A stretch of DNA of 63,917 nt, filler included, from Octopus bimaculoides (Eukaryota): NCBI RefSeq assembly GCF_001194135.2. It is 5 parts of 5 records of this genome, joined end to end, with 100 filler letters (N's around TTAATTAATTAA, not from the genome) between each part and the next. Parts side by side here need not be neighbours in the genome. Positions count along the whole stretch, not along the records: positions 15,731 to 36,348 come from NC_069005.1; positions 36,449 to 60,203 come from NC_069008.1; 3 more parts are not named here. One strand, 5' to 3'. The translations under genes were made by a program, and so were the position numbers. This document shows, piece after piece, positions 30,890-42,424 of this stretch. The notes under the pieces were generated by a model that worked only from the letters and a program-made list of their open reading frames with translations, searched no databases and was not told the origin of the DNA. Numbering within the stretch: the stretch's first letter is position 1; the number at the start of each line of letters is the position of its first letter.

Positions 30890-31258
30890 TTTTCTGCTCT
30901 GGGCGCAATGCCCGAAATTTGTGGGGAGGGGGCCAGTTGATTAGATTGATTAGTATCAGTATGCAGTATTGATCAGTACCAGTATGCAACTGGTACTTAA
31001 TTTATCAACCCTGAAAGGATGTTTCTTATTTCTTTATTGCCCACAAGGGGCTAAACAGAGAGGATACAAACAAGGACAGACAAAGGGATTAAGTCGATTA
31101 CATTGACTCCAGTGCGTAACTGGTACTTAATTTATCGACCCCGAAAGGATGAAAGACAAAATCGACCTTAGCAGAATTTGAACTCAGAACGTAACGGTAG
31201 ACGAAATACCACTAAGCATTTCGCCCGGCATGGTAACGTTTCTGCCAGTTCGCCACCT
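30890..31258 (-). mobile_element. SINE family A dimer (tail-1 unit plus 5'-truncated tail-2 unit), in YDJC intron 2
   Basis: Same order as 16126-16730 and 28715-29120. Confidence 0.8.
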
Positions 31259-31424
31259 TATACAGTCTTAATTATGTCTGTCTAAACTTTACTATGTATA
31301 TTTGTTGTTCTACCATCTCTTTTTCTCTATACCTTCTGCTTCCACTGAAGGTAGTTTACGATAGTCTGCTTTTGTGAAAGCTGTTGTGTATGCAATAATG
31401 GCCAATTCATTTCCTTAATGATAG

Positions 31425-31520
31425 GTGCCTGTATGACTGTGTGGTTAAGAGGTTTGCTTCTCTACCACGTGGTCCTCAGTTCAGTCTCATTGCGTAGCAC
31501 CTTGGACAAGTGTCTTCTTA
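31425..31520 (+). mobile_element. CORE-like SINE family B fragment
   Basis: GACTGTGTGGTTAAG...AGTTCAGTCTC...CACCTTGGACAAGTGTCTTC. Other degenerate copies occur at 24518-24595, 31908-31972, 35240-35340, 49325-49458 and 51655-51800. Confidence 0.7.
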
Positions 31521-31525
31521 TATAA

Positions 31526-31765
31526 CGTAGCACTCCGTCGGTTATGACAACAAGGGTTCCAGTTGATCTGATTGACAGAACAGCCTGCTCGTGAACTTAA
31601 CGTGCAAGTGGCCGAGCAATCCACAGACACGTGGACCCTTAACGTAATTCTCTGGGAGATTCAATGTGACACAGAGTGTGACAAGGCTGGCTCCTTTGAA
31701 ATACAGGTACAAGAGAAAGAGAGAAAGTTGTGGTGAAAGAATACAGCAGGGTTTGCCGCATTGTG
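31526..31765. mobile_element. Interspersed repeat family E, second copy
   Basis: Reverse complement of ~25620-25860. Confidence 0.7.
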
Positions 31766-32012
31766 TGTGGTGTGTGTGTGTGAGATATAGTTCAAATTTA
31801 AAGAAAACAAAATACGAAGACCGGTCGGGGAACAACAAGCAAGTGTATTAATTCGACACTCAGGAAGAATGGAAAAGATGTGTGTGTGTGTGCGTATAAA
31901 TAAATACACAAGCTTCTTTCAGTTTCTGTCTACCGAATCCACTCACAAGGCTTCGGTCGGCCCAGCGCTATAGTTTCGGGTTCAATCTCACTATTTTTTT
32001 TATCGTCTGTAG

Positions 32013-32112
32013 ATTTCTGAGGAGATTGATCACCAAATCAGAACATTCTGGAAGCTTACCGATCAGAAACCGACCCATATCGACGGACATCAACATATCC
32101 ATGTCATCCCAG
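32013..32112 (+). CDS. YDJC: YdjC deacetylase, exon 3
   Basis: Acceptor TCTGTAG|ATT. Reads ISEEIDHQIRTFWKLTDQKPTHIDGHQHIHVIP with the metal-binding DGHQHxH motif. Donor G|GTGAGC, phase 1. Confidence 0.92.
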
Positions 32113-32677
32113 GTGAGCGCAGACAACTTTCTGCATTCATTTTACATTCCCCCTCCCACATCTTTAAACTACCAAAGCCATCTCCCTTGCATCAAGTGGT
32201 TGCTGAAGAAATTTGTTTCACAACCAACTGGCTATGGCTTTGGCCCTGCTACGTGGCACCTCCTTCAATAGCCGCATTCTATTCTAGCCTCAGGTTGACA
32301 ATTGCCTTGCGGGTGAAATTTGCTAGATTGAAACTGTAAGGGAGTCTGGCATGTGTGCGTATATTTATGTGCATACATACATACATTGACGGGCTGATTC
32401 GTTAAAAGTATGCAAGTTCCAAATGTGAATTCGTCTGTGTTAACTACATCCCAAAGATGGAGCCTTGTATCTTTGTTGGAAACCGGCTCCCTTCCCAAAT
32501 TAAAAAAATAGAAGAGACGTACATAGATATGTGCATGCATGCTCACTCGCTCGCTCGCATGCACACGCAAACACACACACATATTTTATTTGTTTCAATC
32601 ATTAGACTGGCCATGCTGTGGCACCGCCTGGAAGAATTTTTAGTTTAATGACACACATATGTATATACATATATACA

Positions 32678-32832
32678 ACGGGCTTCTTTTTAGTTTCCGT
32701 CTACCAAATCCACTCACAAGGCTTTGGTTGGCCCGAGGCTATAGTAGAAGACACTTGCCCAAGGTGCCATGCAGTGGGACTGAACCCGGAACCATGTGGT
32801 TCGTAAGCAAGCTACTTACCACACAAACACTT
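32678..32832 (-). mobile_element. CORE-like SINE family B, in YDJC intron 3
   Basis: Near-identical to the 17985-18148 copy. Confidence 0.85.
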
Positions 32833-32916
32833 CTGTGCCTATATTTACAATAAAAATATATCTCAAATATATCTCAATGAAACCATATTTTTTTTTTAAA
32901 TTTCTGGTTTTGGTAG

Positions 32917-33094
32917 CTATAATGAAGATTTTGGCCCCTCAAATGGTTTCAAATGCCATAAACATCACAAGAATCCCTCATGAAAGACAACTAAACTCAT
33001 GTCACTGGTTATCACAGACATCTAGAAGCTTTTTCGAAAGGGTAATTGATGATGCCCTTGTATCTAAAGACATCTGCTTGAAAAATGGTATTCA
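32917..33094 (+). CDS. YDJC: YdjC deacetylase, exon 4
   Basis: Acceptor TTTGGTAG|CT. Reads (A)IMKILAPQMVSNAINITRIPHERQLNSCHWLSQTSRSFFERVIDDALVSKDICLKNGI, with TRxPxE and W positions like other YdjC proteins. Donor CA|GTAAGT, phase 2; phases match both neighbours. Confidence 0.8.
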
Positions 33095-33104
33095 GTAAGT
33101 TTCT

Positions 33105-33540
33105 CTTAAATCTCCTGCTACTCTTCTGGATGGTCTCCTTGTTTAAGTTGGTGAATGCTACCATAATCCTTGCCTTTAGTTCATCTTTGGTGTTACAAGA
33201 AGTTTTGTTGGTCTCTCGCTCAACTGCACCCCGAACATAGTAATCAAGGGGGTTGCAGTGTGGGGAGTTAGGTGGCCAGACGTTAGGGGTGATGTGGTCG
33301 CAGAAATCATCTGACAGCCATGACTGGGTTCTCCTGCTTGTGTGGCATGGTGCAGAGTCCTGTTGCCAGCCTTGGGGCCTTCCAGCAGCTACCCTCTTGA
33401 CCCAGGGTAGCACTACCTCCTCCAGGCACTTGATGTAGGCCTTCATGTTGAGTCCGAGGTTGTGTGGGGAGATGAATGGAGGCATAATGTTGCCATCACA
33501 TGTGATCACTCCAAACACCATGATGTTGACTGGATGTTTG
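33105..33540 (-). mobile_element. Tc1/mariner DD37D (maT-type) transposase fragment in YDJC intron 4
   Basis: QQDSAPCHTS...WPPNSPHCNPLDY has exactly 37 residues between the second and third catalytic D. Confidence 0.85.
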
Positions 33541-34199
33541 AGTAGTGGTGGTGGTGGTGGCGTTGGCGACGAGAGGAGGAGGAGGAGGAGGATAAGAATG
33601 ATGATGAGGATGATGTTGAACGTAAAGATGGACTAAATGCCGCTAAGTATTTTACCCATCATACTAACAATTCACTGCCCTGAGTAGATTCATTATTATT
33701 AAAAGGAAACACAGGTTAAATGTTGGAGTGCACGTTAGGTTCACACAGTCAGTCAATCCATTGATCAAACAAACGAGACAGATTCAACATATTTCCTTTG
33801 CTAGTAGGGATTGTTTGTAGTTTAGTTTATCATATAGAAGTGTAGGAAGGAAAGGGTAATATGTTACAAGAGATAAAAGTTGATATCCAGCATTTCTCAT
33901 CAATAATGGTCCATTGTTATTAGCTGACACAGGTCAGGAAAGGCGTGGAGTCAAATCCAGAAGCTCACATAAGTGCTCATATTGAAAGAAGATGCTTTAG
34001 TGTAGATTAAATGAGTGATAGGATGATGGGAGCTCATGCAATCACATTAAGGCATGCAAACACACACACACATGTATGTCTGCAGATGTGTCTATACACA
34101 GAACATGCTTATAGAATGGAAGTTAAAAATAGTTTAAAACAGACTTACCACACAGCCACATTATTTTACTGGATTATTCTGTCAAAAGTTATGCTTATT

Positions 34200-34545
34200 T
34201 TTTCACATTTGTTTTGAATTAATCATGCCTTATCTAGTAACATTGGGATTTTGATGATGTGATTGTTTATTTTTAGAATGGCATTGTAAGGTAGGTGTGA
34301 GAGGCCAAATATGGCCAGTTAAACTCTTTAGCATTCAGATTAGTCTGTCAAATGTAATGCTTATTTATTCACATTGCTTTGAATTAATCATGCATTATCT
34401 CGTAACTTTGAGATTTTGATGAGGTAACTTAATGTTTAGAATGATATTGTCAGGTTGGTGTGAGAAGCCAGATCTGGCCAGTTTGAACATAAGACAGGTA
34501 GAATATTTTGGCTTGATATGGCTGGTTCAAATGCTAAAGGGTGAA
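34200..34545. mobile_element. piggyBac-type (TTAA) MITE plus a preceding partial tandem copy
   Basis: TTAA-ACTCTTTAGCATT ... AATGCTAAAGGG-TGAA termini (34319-34545). The internal segment is duplicated at ~34200-34318. Confidence 0.55.
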
Positions 34546-34739
34546 TGGGTAATCTAGCTAAATCTTGGCAGTGTTAGTAAAGTATATACCGGTCATATTC
34601 TGGGGCCAATTCATTTGACTACATCCTTCCCCTAATAATTTTATGATGCTATGCTTCTTTAGACATTCGGCATTTATTTTCATAAATGATTTAATGAAAT
34701 CTTTTGCCCACTTTTAAACTTTTTTTTTTTATTTTACAG

Positions 34740-35067
34740 TTTTTCAGATGCATTTCTTGGTCTGAGTACAATGGGAACCAATATGAGCATCAGAAACCTG
34801 CAGAAAAGAATTTATACAGTGTTGGCTACGTGGAAAGAAAAACAGCCAAAGAATGCTGGAAACACCACCGTGATGCCATGGTTATGTGAGTTGATGGTAC
34901 ATCCTGGTTATGTCACTGGCAATATTGGAGGGTGTGGGACAGGTCCTGACGACTTTTCTCAGTCAAATGAACGACAACATGAAATGGAAATTCTAAAAGA
35001 GATGGCATTAATGAATTTTTACCAAAAGCATGGCATAGAACTGATATCTTTTAAAGCCCTTTTTTAA
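34740..35067 (+). CDS. YDJC: YdjC deacetylase, exon 5 (terminal)
   Basis: Acceptor TTTTACAG|T. Reads FSDAFLGLSTMG...CELMVHPGY...GGCGTGPDDFSQSNERQHEMEIL...* with the conserved ELMxHPGY and GGCG.GPD.FS motifs. The spliced CDS is 202+134+100+178+328 = 942 nt, 313 aa. Confidence 0.92.
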
Positions 35068-35489
35068 TAACAATAATAATGATTCATTTTTTTTTATTGC
35101 CAACAGGGTTCGTTCCTCTGTACAAAAAACGTAGAACATACAAAGTTTTATAAAAACAAGGGTTAGGGTTAGGGTTAGGCAAAGACATAAAATATACAAA
35201 ATTGAATTAAATTTTTATTTTTTTAACATACACGAACAGAATGGCTGTGTGGTAAAAAGTTTGCTTCCCAATTACATGGTTCTGGGTTCAGTCCCACTGC
35301 ATGGCAGCTTAGACAGTTGGGCAAGTGTCTCCTACTATAAGACGTTGTATATATGTGTGTTTGTTTGTGTGCATGTGTGTGTGTCTTAGCTGACCAAGAA
35401 ATAAAAGCTAATCATCCAGACATAATAACCAAGGGTTAAAAAAAGGATATCTACTTACTGATAGACATTGCATTCCCATCTGACTAAAA

Positions 35490-35628
35490 TATTGGTCTCA
35501 AATTTTGACACAAGGCCAGAAAATTTTGGTAGGGGTGAGTCGTTTTCATCAACCCCAGTATTCTACTGGTAGTTATTTTATTGACCTCAAAAGGATGGAA
35601 GGCAAAATCAACCTCGGCGGACTTTGAA
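35490..35628 (-). mobile_element. SINE family A fragment
   Basis: Reverse of the B box, core and tail-2. Confidence 0.7.
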
Positions 35629-36468
35629 CAAGTGCCCACATCAGAGGAAATTTGTGTTGGAAACGTGGAATTCCTCATTTACTGACTAGGGAAATATTAC
35701 CATCATCAGCCATCTTTGGCATAACTGGAATCGAAATAAGATGAATAACTCTGCATTACCCAAGGTTTTGCTAGCAGAATTTCCTTTCGGAATTTCTTCA
35801 TTTACAACATTAACTGACCATGACTTTTTCATCCCTCCAGTTGTAGAGAGGTTACGTGCTTCTGGCCATTTGAGTTTGACAAGTCACCTATATTGCTAAG
35901 CGCTTTATAGGCACAAAACCAATGGTCATACTCGGACTGGCCAAAACAAACCACCTTCTAAATACATATATGTATGTATGCATTTGTCTCCACTGCTTGT
36001 GTTGGTTTGTTTACGTCCCCTTAACTTAGTGGTTCGACAAGAGAACTGATAGAATAAGTGCCAGGATTAAAAATAAAAGTACTGGGGTCGATTTGTTAGA
36101 CTTAACCCTTCAAAGCAGTGCCTAGACATGGGCCACGGTCCAATGACTGAAACAAGTAACAAATAAAAGATGCATATAATGAAGTTCTGTATTCAAATCC
36201 CGTCGAAATCAACTTCGCTTTTCATCCTCATAAGGAGGATAAAAAATAAAGAAGCAGTAAGGTGCAGACGTCGATTTAACCGCCTGTATCCCTATCCACA
36301 AATATGAAGGTTTCGTGTTTATGTTATAAACCAGTTATAAGCAACCTTNNNNNNNNNNNNNNNNNNNNNNNNNNNNNNNNNNNNNNNNNNNNTTAATTAA
36401 TTAANNNNNNNNNNNNNNNNNNNNNNNNNNNNNNNNNNNNNNNNNNNNAATAATAATAATAATAATAA

Positions 36469-37006
36469 ATGCCCGGATGCAGTACCAGGCAGTGGCTCTC
36501 ATGGCTTCTGATCTTAATTGATTGGAAGTGTTATCATGTACATTGTTTTGCTACAGCAAATATTCTACTCAGTACCACAGATTTGCTTGTCAGTTGTTTG
36601 ACCTTAACCAGTTCAGCATTGTCCCTTGGTGGGTGACAATATGTGCATCTCTGATCATGAGCAGAAGTAGTGGGGGAGCATCATAGCCATGTGTTGAGAG
36701 GAATTCTTTGGAGTTTGAATAATTCACCTTTGGAAACATGGGTGTTTTGCTCAACATCCTTAAACAAACCTTATTCAGGGACCTTTTGAGTGGGATGGGC
36801 TACCTGACCTGAAGGAAATTCTAACTGGGCCCCACCTGCGAGGTCATATGACATTTATCTTGATATGAGATCACTATGTTGCGCACATATGGTTGTGATG
36901 CATGTGCCCGGTGTACCCTTATCAGACGGGTAGTCATGATGGGTGTAATGGGCTTCGTATATTTTACCCCAGTGTCACTTTGATGGCATGCACTGTTCTC
37001 TCACTC
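36469..37006 (+). mobile_element. ~540-bp non-coding element embedded in (AAT)n (family F); strand is relative only
   Basis: Homologous to 39160-39680 (same orientation) and 60925-61449 (inverted); both flanks are (AAT)n. Confidence 0.8.
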
Positions 37007-37040
<34 letters not shown>

Positions 37041-37125
37041 GAACTTCTAACTTGTTGTCTCTTGTGGTCTCTGGGTGAGACTTAGAGCCAACTTGTACAA
37101 ATGCAAAGCAAAAATCAAACATTAT

Positions 37126-37165
<40 letters not shown>

Positions 37166-37439
37166 GTAATAGTAATATTAATAATGATAATTTAACCAAA
37201 TCTCATGTCGGATCAGAGGAAATATTCACAATGACAAATAGTAAAGAGATGAAAATAATGATATCAGGGATGATAATAATAATAATAATAATAATATTGA
37301 AAGGAAGCGGTCGGAATCTCTCCATGCCCTGATTGATGATACATCTAGTGATGGTATCACAATAAAAACACTGGTAATTGCGCAACCTGATAATCGCTAC
37401 TTCATATGAATGACAATGAAAAATCAAAATATTGTGAAT

Positions 37440-39160
37440 AACGGTGGTAATGAAACTGAAGACCTTGATGGTGACAATGTTACACCCGGCAGGCTCAGAA
37501 ATACTGATCCGATCCAGCCTGTCGTTATCCAGTAAGGAACCAGCAAACACAGCGAAGATGGAACAAACAAATCAATGCTGTTAGTCGTGGAGTGTTACTA
37601 CACGAGCAACTCCGTAGACGAACATAGTGTTCATTTTAGAGGATACCGACAACGTATATATGATCAATGAAGAGAAAGAGGATTGTTTCAACTCATGAAA
37701 CAAAGATTATGTGATCAAGCTAGAGCAATAAGAAAAAAATCGTTAGTTCACAGAAGTAGAGCTCGAAGTTATCAAAAGACGGGTATTGGAAAACAGCAGT
37801 AGAGGAAACGATGAAAATACAGTTCTTACTGATAAAAGTAATCTCATAGCAGAAAACAGAGGTGAGATCTCTAATGAACCACAGGAAAGGAACGGTGATA
37901 GCTTGCTCGATGAGAGAACATATAGATAGTCTGGAAGAAAACACTAAAACTAATGGTGACATGACAGATGAATAAAAGGCAATGTACGACAGAATAAAGG
38001 CAAGACTACAGGAGAACGGTAGCGACAATAATTGAACCAAAAAACGGAAAATGTGAATGAAATTCTGAAATACATCAGAAGAAAAAGCATCACAGAAACA
38101 AATAATTTGATGAAAGCAGGAAGTATTGTTGTAGCAGAAAACGTGGGTGTTGATGTCAAGAAAAAGAAACATAATGGGAGTGACAAAAGAAAAGATTCAT
38201 GGTGGAAAAGGAGAATACAGGCGTGGTTAGATATGCTCTGTGTTAGATCGAAAAGAGAAGGGGGAACTTAGATGCGAACAAAAATACAGGGCACTGAACA
38301 GGAAGTATGATATTGAAATAAAGGGTCTGAAAGTGGTAATGGAGGAACTGAAACAGCACCTTGTTGCAAAGAAAGCAAAGATGGTTAGATACGACCAAAG
38401 AATGAAGGGATACCAGCAGAATAAGTTATTCAGAGTAGATCAGAAGAGATTCTACAAATAAATGGAGAGTGTACAGATGGAAAGTTGATACTAGATAACA
38501 TTGAAAGTCAAAGGTTGTGTACTGGTATCTGGAGCAAAGACAAGAAGCACAAGAAGAACTGAAACAAACAGCAGTCTGTCCAAAACAGACAGAACTAGTA
38601 ATTTCAGTTAGGCAAGTGAAGAAAATCAGCAAAAAAATGGGCAACTGGAAGGACCACGGACCAGATGGAGTTCAAGGCTACTGAATCAAAAGATTTGGTG
38701 AATGACATGCACGAATAGCTGCACAACTCAACACCTTCTTAAATGCCGTCCAACTAACATCAGAGTGGCTGACAATAGGTAGGACAGTGCTGTGCTTGAA
38801 AAACATCGAAAAGGGCAATACGATAGACAATTACAGGCCAATACCCTGCTTGCCACTTATGTAGAAATTATTGACTGGAATAGTCGCAGAGTCAACATAC
38901 GGACATCTGGACAAAAATGGAGCCATTCCACATGAACCGAAGGGGTGCAAGAGGTACCAAGGAACAACTCCTGGTAGACAAAACAGTAATTAGCGACTGC
39001 AAGAATAGGACAAGTAACTTAGCCATGTCATGGATCGATTATCGTAAGGCATACGATATGATCCCACATTGTTGGATTATGGAATGTATGAACCTATTTG
39101 GTATTGCATCGAATGTTAAGCGATTGCTTGGAAAAAGTATGGCGAAATGGAGAACGGAAC
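37440..39160 (+). mobile_element. R4/Dong-clade (RLE) non-LTR retrotransposon, 5' ORF region and N-terminal RT, degenerate
   Basis: Remnants include [72 protein letters not shown] and [16 protein letters not shown], matching R4/Dong N-terminal and RT motifs. There are multiple stops and frameshifts. Confidence 0.8.
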
Positions 39161-39680
39161 TGATCTTAATTGAGTGGAAATACTATCATGTACATTGTTT
39201 TGACTTGGTATAAAAGATGACACAGTAAATATTCTACTCAATACCATAGATTTGTTTGTCAGTTGTTTGTTTGACCTGAACCAGTCGAGCATGTCTCTTA
39301 GTGGCTGACGATAGGTGCGTCTCTGATCACGAGGAGAAGTAGTGGGGAGAGCATCATAGCCATGTGTCGAGAGTAATTCTTTGGGGTTTGGAATAATTTA
39401 CTTTTGGAAACATGGGTACTTTGTTCATCATCCTTAAACAACCCTTATTCAGGGACCTTTTGAGCGGGATGGGCTACTCGAACTGAAGAAAATTCTAACT
39501 GGGCCCCACCTGCAAGGTAATGCGCTGTTTATCTTGATATGAGATCACTATGTCGCGCACAAATGGTTGTGATGCATGTGCTTGATGTACTCTTATGAGA
39601 CGGGTAGTCCTGATGGGTGTACTGGGCTTCATATATTTTACCCCAGTGCCACTTTGATGGCATGCACTTCTCTCTCATTC
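39160..39680 (+). mobile_element. Family F element, 5'-truncated and fused to the R4 RT fragment
   Basis: Begins at CTGATCTTAATTGA (internal in the 36469 copy) and ends in (AAT)n. Confidence 0.8.
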
Positions 39681-39699
39681 AATAATAATGATGATGATG

Positions 39700-39745
<46 letters not shown>

Positions 39746-39805
39746 TGACGATGATTTCTTTTATTTGCCACCAGAGAGAATATAACAACAATAATAATTA
39801 TAATA

Positions 39806-39837
<32 letters not shown>

Positions 39838-39845
39838 AATGATGC
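39680..39845. repeat. (AAT)n/(GAT)n microsatellites
   Basis: Directly visible. Confidence 0.95.
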
Positions 39846-40284
39846 ACTTACTTTTGTAATAGGACATGTCGTTGCTGTCCTGTGTTGAGACGACTGTCAT
39901 TATATTTTTCGGTGAATAATTCTTACAAACACGGCTGACATTGTTGTAACTGAAGAATTCTGATTGGCTCCTTAAAGAGAGGGCGGCACAGTTCAGTGGA
40001 TTTCATGTTGAGAAGAATTGTTCTGTTGGGGGTGCCTGAAGGTAATCATAGGAATAACCAGGATGCAAACGTTTGTAGTGGGCATCATTAAATTCGTGAT
40101 TCGAGGTGACGGTCAGAATTGTTGTAAGAGTTAATAGCAGCTCTATGGTCACGGTTGGACTGGTAGAAGCAACATGAAAATGAAGTATCTTGCCCAAGTG
40201 CACATTGCACCGCTCGACTCAGAAGTCAGATTCTTATGATCGTGTGTAAACCCAGGACCTTAACCGACCATAATTCACCACGCA

Positions 40285-40303
40285 CCATAATTCCAATTCG
40301 AAC

Positions 40304-40352
<49 letters not shown>

Positions 40353-40480
40353 GTTTCTCTTTCCCACACAGACGCACGCACAAACACAAACACACAGACA
40401 CACACACACAGGCTCGCTAACACATACACATACACACGCATGCACGCACATACACACGCACACACTCACACGCGCACTTA
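40285..40480. repeat. (CTGT)n and degenerate (CA)n
   Basis: Directly visible. Confidence 0.95.
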
Positions 40481-40732
40481 CCTTTGTTGTGAGTAGAGGC
40501 AGCAACTACGTTTTCAGTGGGCAACGGGAAACGTTGTCAGGTCTGTCCACTATCACTGTCCAGTAAACGCCTCTGCTCGGATGATCGTCCACTTATATTA
40601 GTAATTTCCACAAATATCAAGGTTACCAACAAATTCCAGTTATATCCACTGCTTTCAGAACTGCAACAGAGGGCAGTACTGTCTGTAGCTGTCAAACCAG
40701 AACTCCTATAAATACCAATATCATTCACTGCA

Positions 40733-40876
40733 TTCAAATATCGCCAAGGTCGACTTTGATTTTTTGTCCTTTCGGTGTTAATAAAATAAATAACAGTTGA
40801 TGAACTGGTGTCAGTATAATCGACCAGCCGTTCCCTACAAAAGTTCAGGGCTTATTCTTATTGTAGAAAGAGTATT
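40733..40876 (+). mobile_element. 5'-truncated SINE family A with probable TSD ATTCACTGC
   Basis: Core GGTCGACTTTG...TCCTTTCGGTGTTAATAAA and tail ...TTGTAGAAAG; ATTCACTGC occurs on both sides. Confidence 0.6.
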
Positions 40877-41049
40877 ATTCACTGCTTTCAGAATTGCCAC
40901 AGAGATCAGCTCTGTCTCTAAATGTGAAACCAGAGCTCAGGTCTTCGAACTGTCAACTGATAGTAAGAGTCTCTCCGCAACTGCCAGTAATATCCATTAA
41001 TATCACAACTCTAGCCAATGATGTCCACTTTGATATTATATCTCTACTA

Positions 41050-42075
41050 ACTCAACTAAACTAGATGTCACATGTCATAATCAACGGTCATGCTTCATTG
41101 AACACATTGGATAAACAAATGAGCAATCAATGCGATGTGTCCGATGTTGTTGGTGTTAGTGATGGCAGTGATGATGGTGGACGAGGTGGAAGTGATGGTG
41201 GACGAGGGTTTTTCTGTGGATTTTTCCGAAGCTGTTGGTTTGGTGGTCGGTGTGGGCGCCAGTGGTGGAGTGCATTCGGATCTTATGTGGCCTTTTTGGC
41301 CACACTTATAGCACCTGGGCTTTCGCCCCTCCACCATAAGCCTTAGGTTGGTATCATCCCCGATTAAAATGTAATCGGGTATTTCTTCTAAATCAGTAGG
41401 GGCCGCTTTCTAATCCCTGCCCCTGCCAATTTTGTTGCTGGTATTTTGTGACCTGGAGGATTGTTATTTTGTCTTCCAAGCCCAGCATTATTACTGCCAC
41501 GAGCCGGGCAACATCAATTTCTGGTGGAATTTCTCCTACCTTTACCTTGGAAATGCAACTTCCGAGGTATGTCGGTAGGAGAACAAGTTCAACAGATTTC
41601 AATGGGGAGGTTGAATATTGGCTAATTCCTCTGTTGGAAACCTCACCTCCACAGAGGTGAATTTCTTCCCATGTGTTAGGTACGTTATATCCTTCCAAAT
41701 CGGTTGGAGGTACATCTCTACAGCTTCCTTAGAGGCCATATCTATCTCTTTGTTTTTTATATTATACGTTTTAATAAACACCGTCCTACTGTAAGTACTG
41801 TGTGTCATTTCTCCTGGTGGGTTTACTTTTACGTTCTGCCCCTCTCACCTGAGGAGGCCCTTGTATTTATCCAGCTCGTTTTTTTCCAATTGAAACGTCT
41901 TCCTTGTTTATGTTAGCGACTGCAGCAAAATTAAAATTTTTGTTCAAAGTTTTGGATTACGTGTTTACTTGTTCGTTTTCAGGCTTGTTTATTTTTTTGT
42001 CTATCGCATCGGCGATGATTTCATCGTCATCGTCGTCAGAAGAAGATAAATTCCTAATAAAGTGAGCCATCATTA
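41050..42075 (-). mobile_element. L1/Tx1-like ORF1 (gag-like) with CCHC zinc knuckle, degenerate
   Basis: Starts MMAHFIRNLSSSDDDDDE; includes VELVLLPTYLG and EGRKPRCYKCGQKGHIRSEC (CX2CX4HX4C). It is homologous to 1-1185. Confidence 0.8.
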
Positions 42076-42424
42076 AAGGTTTCTCCCTTTAAGAAAGGGG
42101 AAAACGTAACAAAATTGCGACGACGCGAATAAAAAATTTTGCAACAACAACAACAGGCAACTCAGGAGAGTTCAACACTGCGAATCAACAGATTTTTTAA
42201 AACAAGATACCTTCGAGAAGAAAAACACGTTCGACTACTCCGGGTAGGCGGTTTCAAACTGAAAAATGTATTTTTACTGGTTGCTTAAGTAGCAAAAATG
42301 TTTTCATAGCAGTCGACACAGAAAAAATATACAAGAAAAAAAGTAAAAATATACAAAAATGCAAAAACATGTGGACATGTGTGCAGCAGCAGCAGCAGAA
42401 GAAGAAGAAGAAGAAGTTACCTAT

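Noticed and set aside
35700-35900. Short stretch open on both strands, with a possible minus-strand micro-exon (…TTCCAG|TTATGCCAAAGATGGCTGATGATG|GTAATA)
   Set aside because: No recognisable homology or partner exons; compatible with chance.
39945-39975. CTGAAGA hammerhead-like start
   Set aside because: No stem II or downstream GAAA follows.
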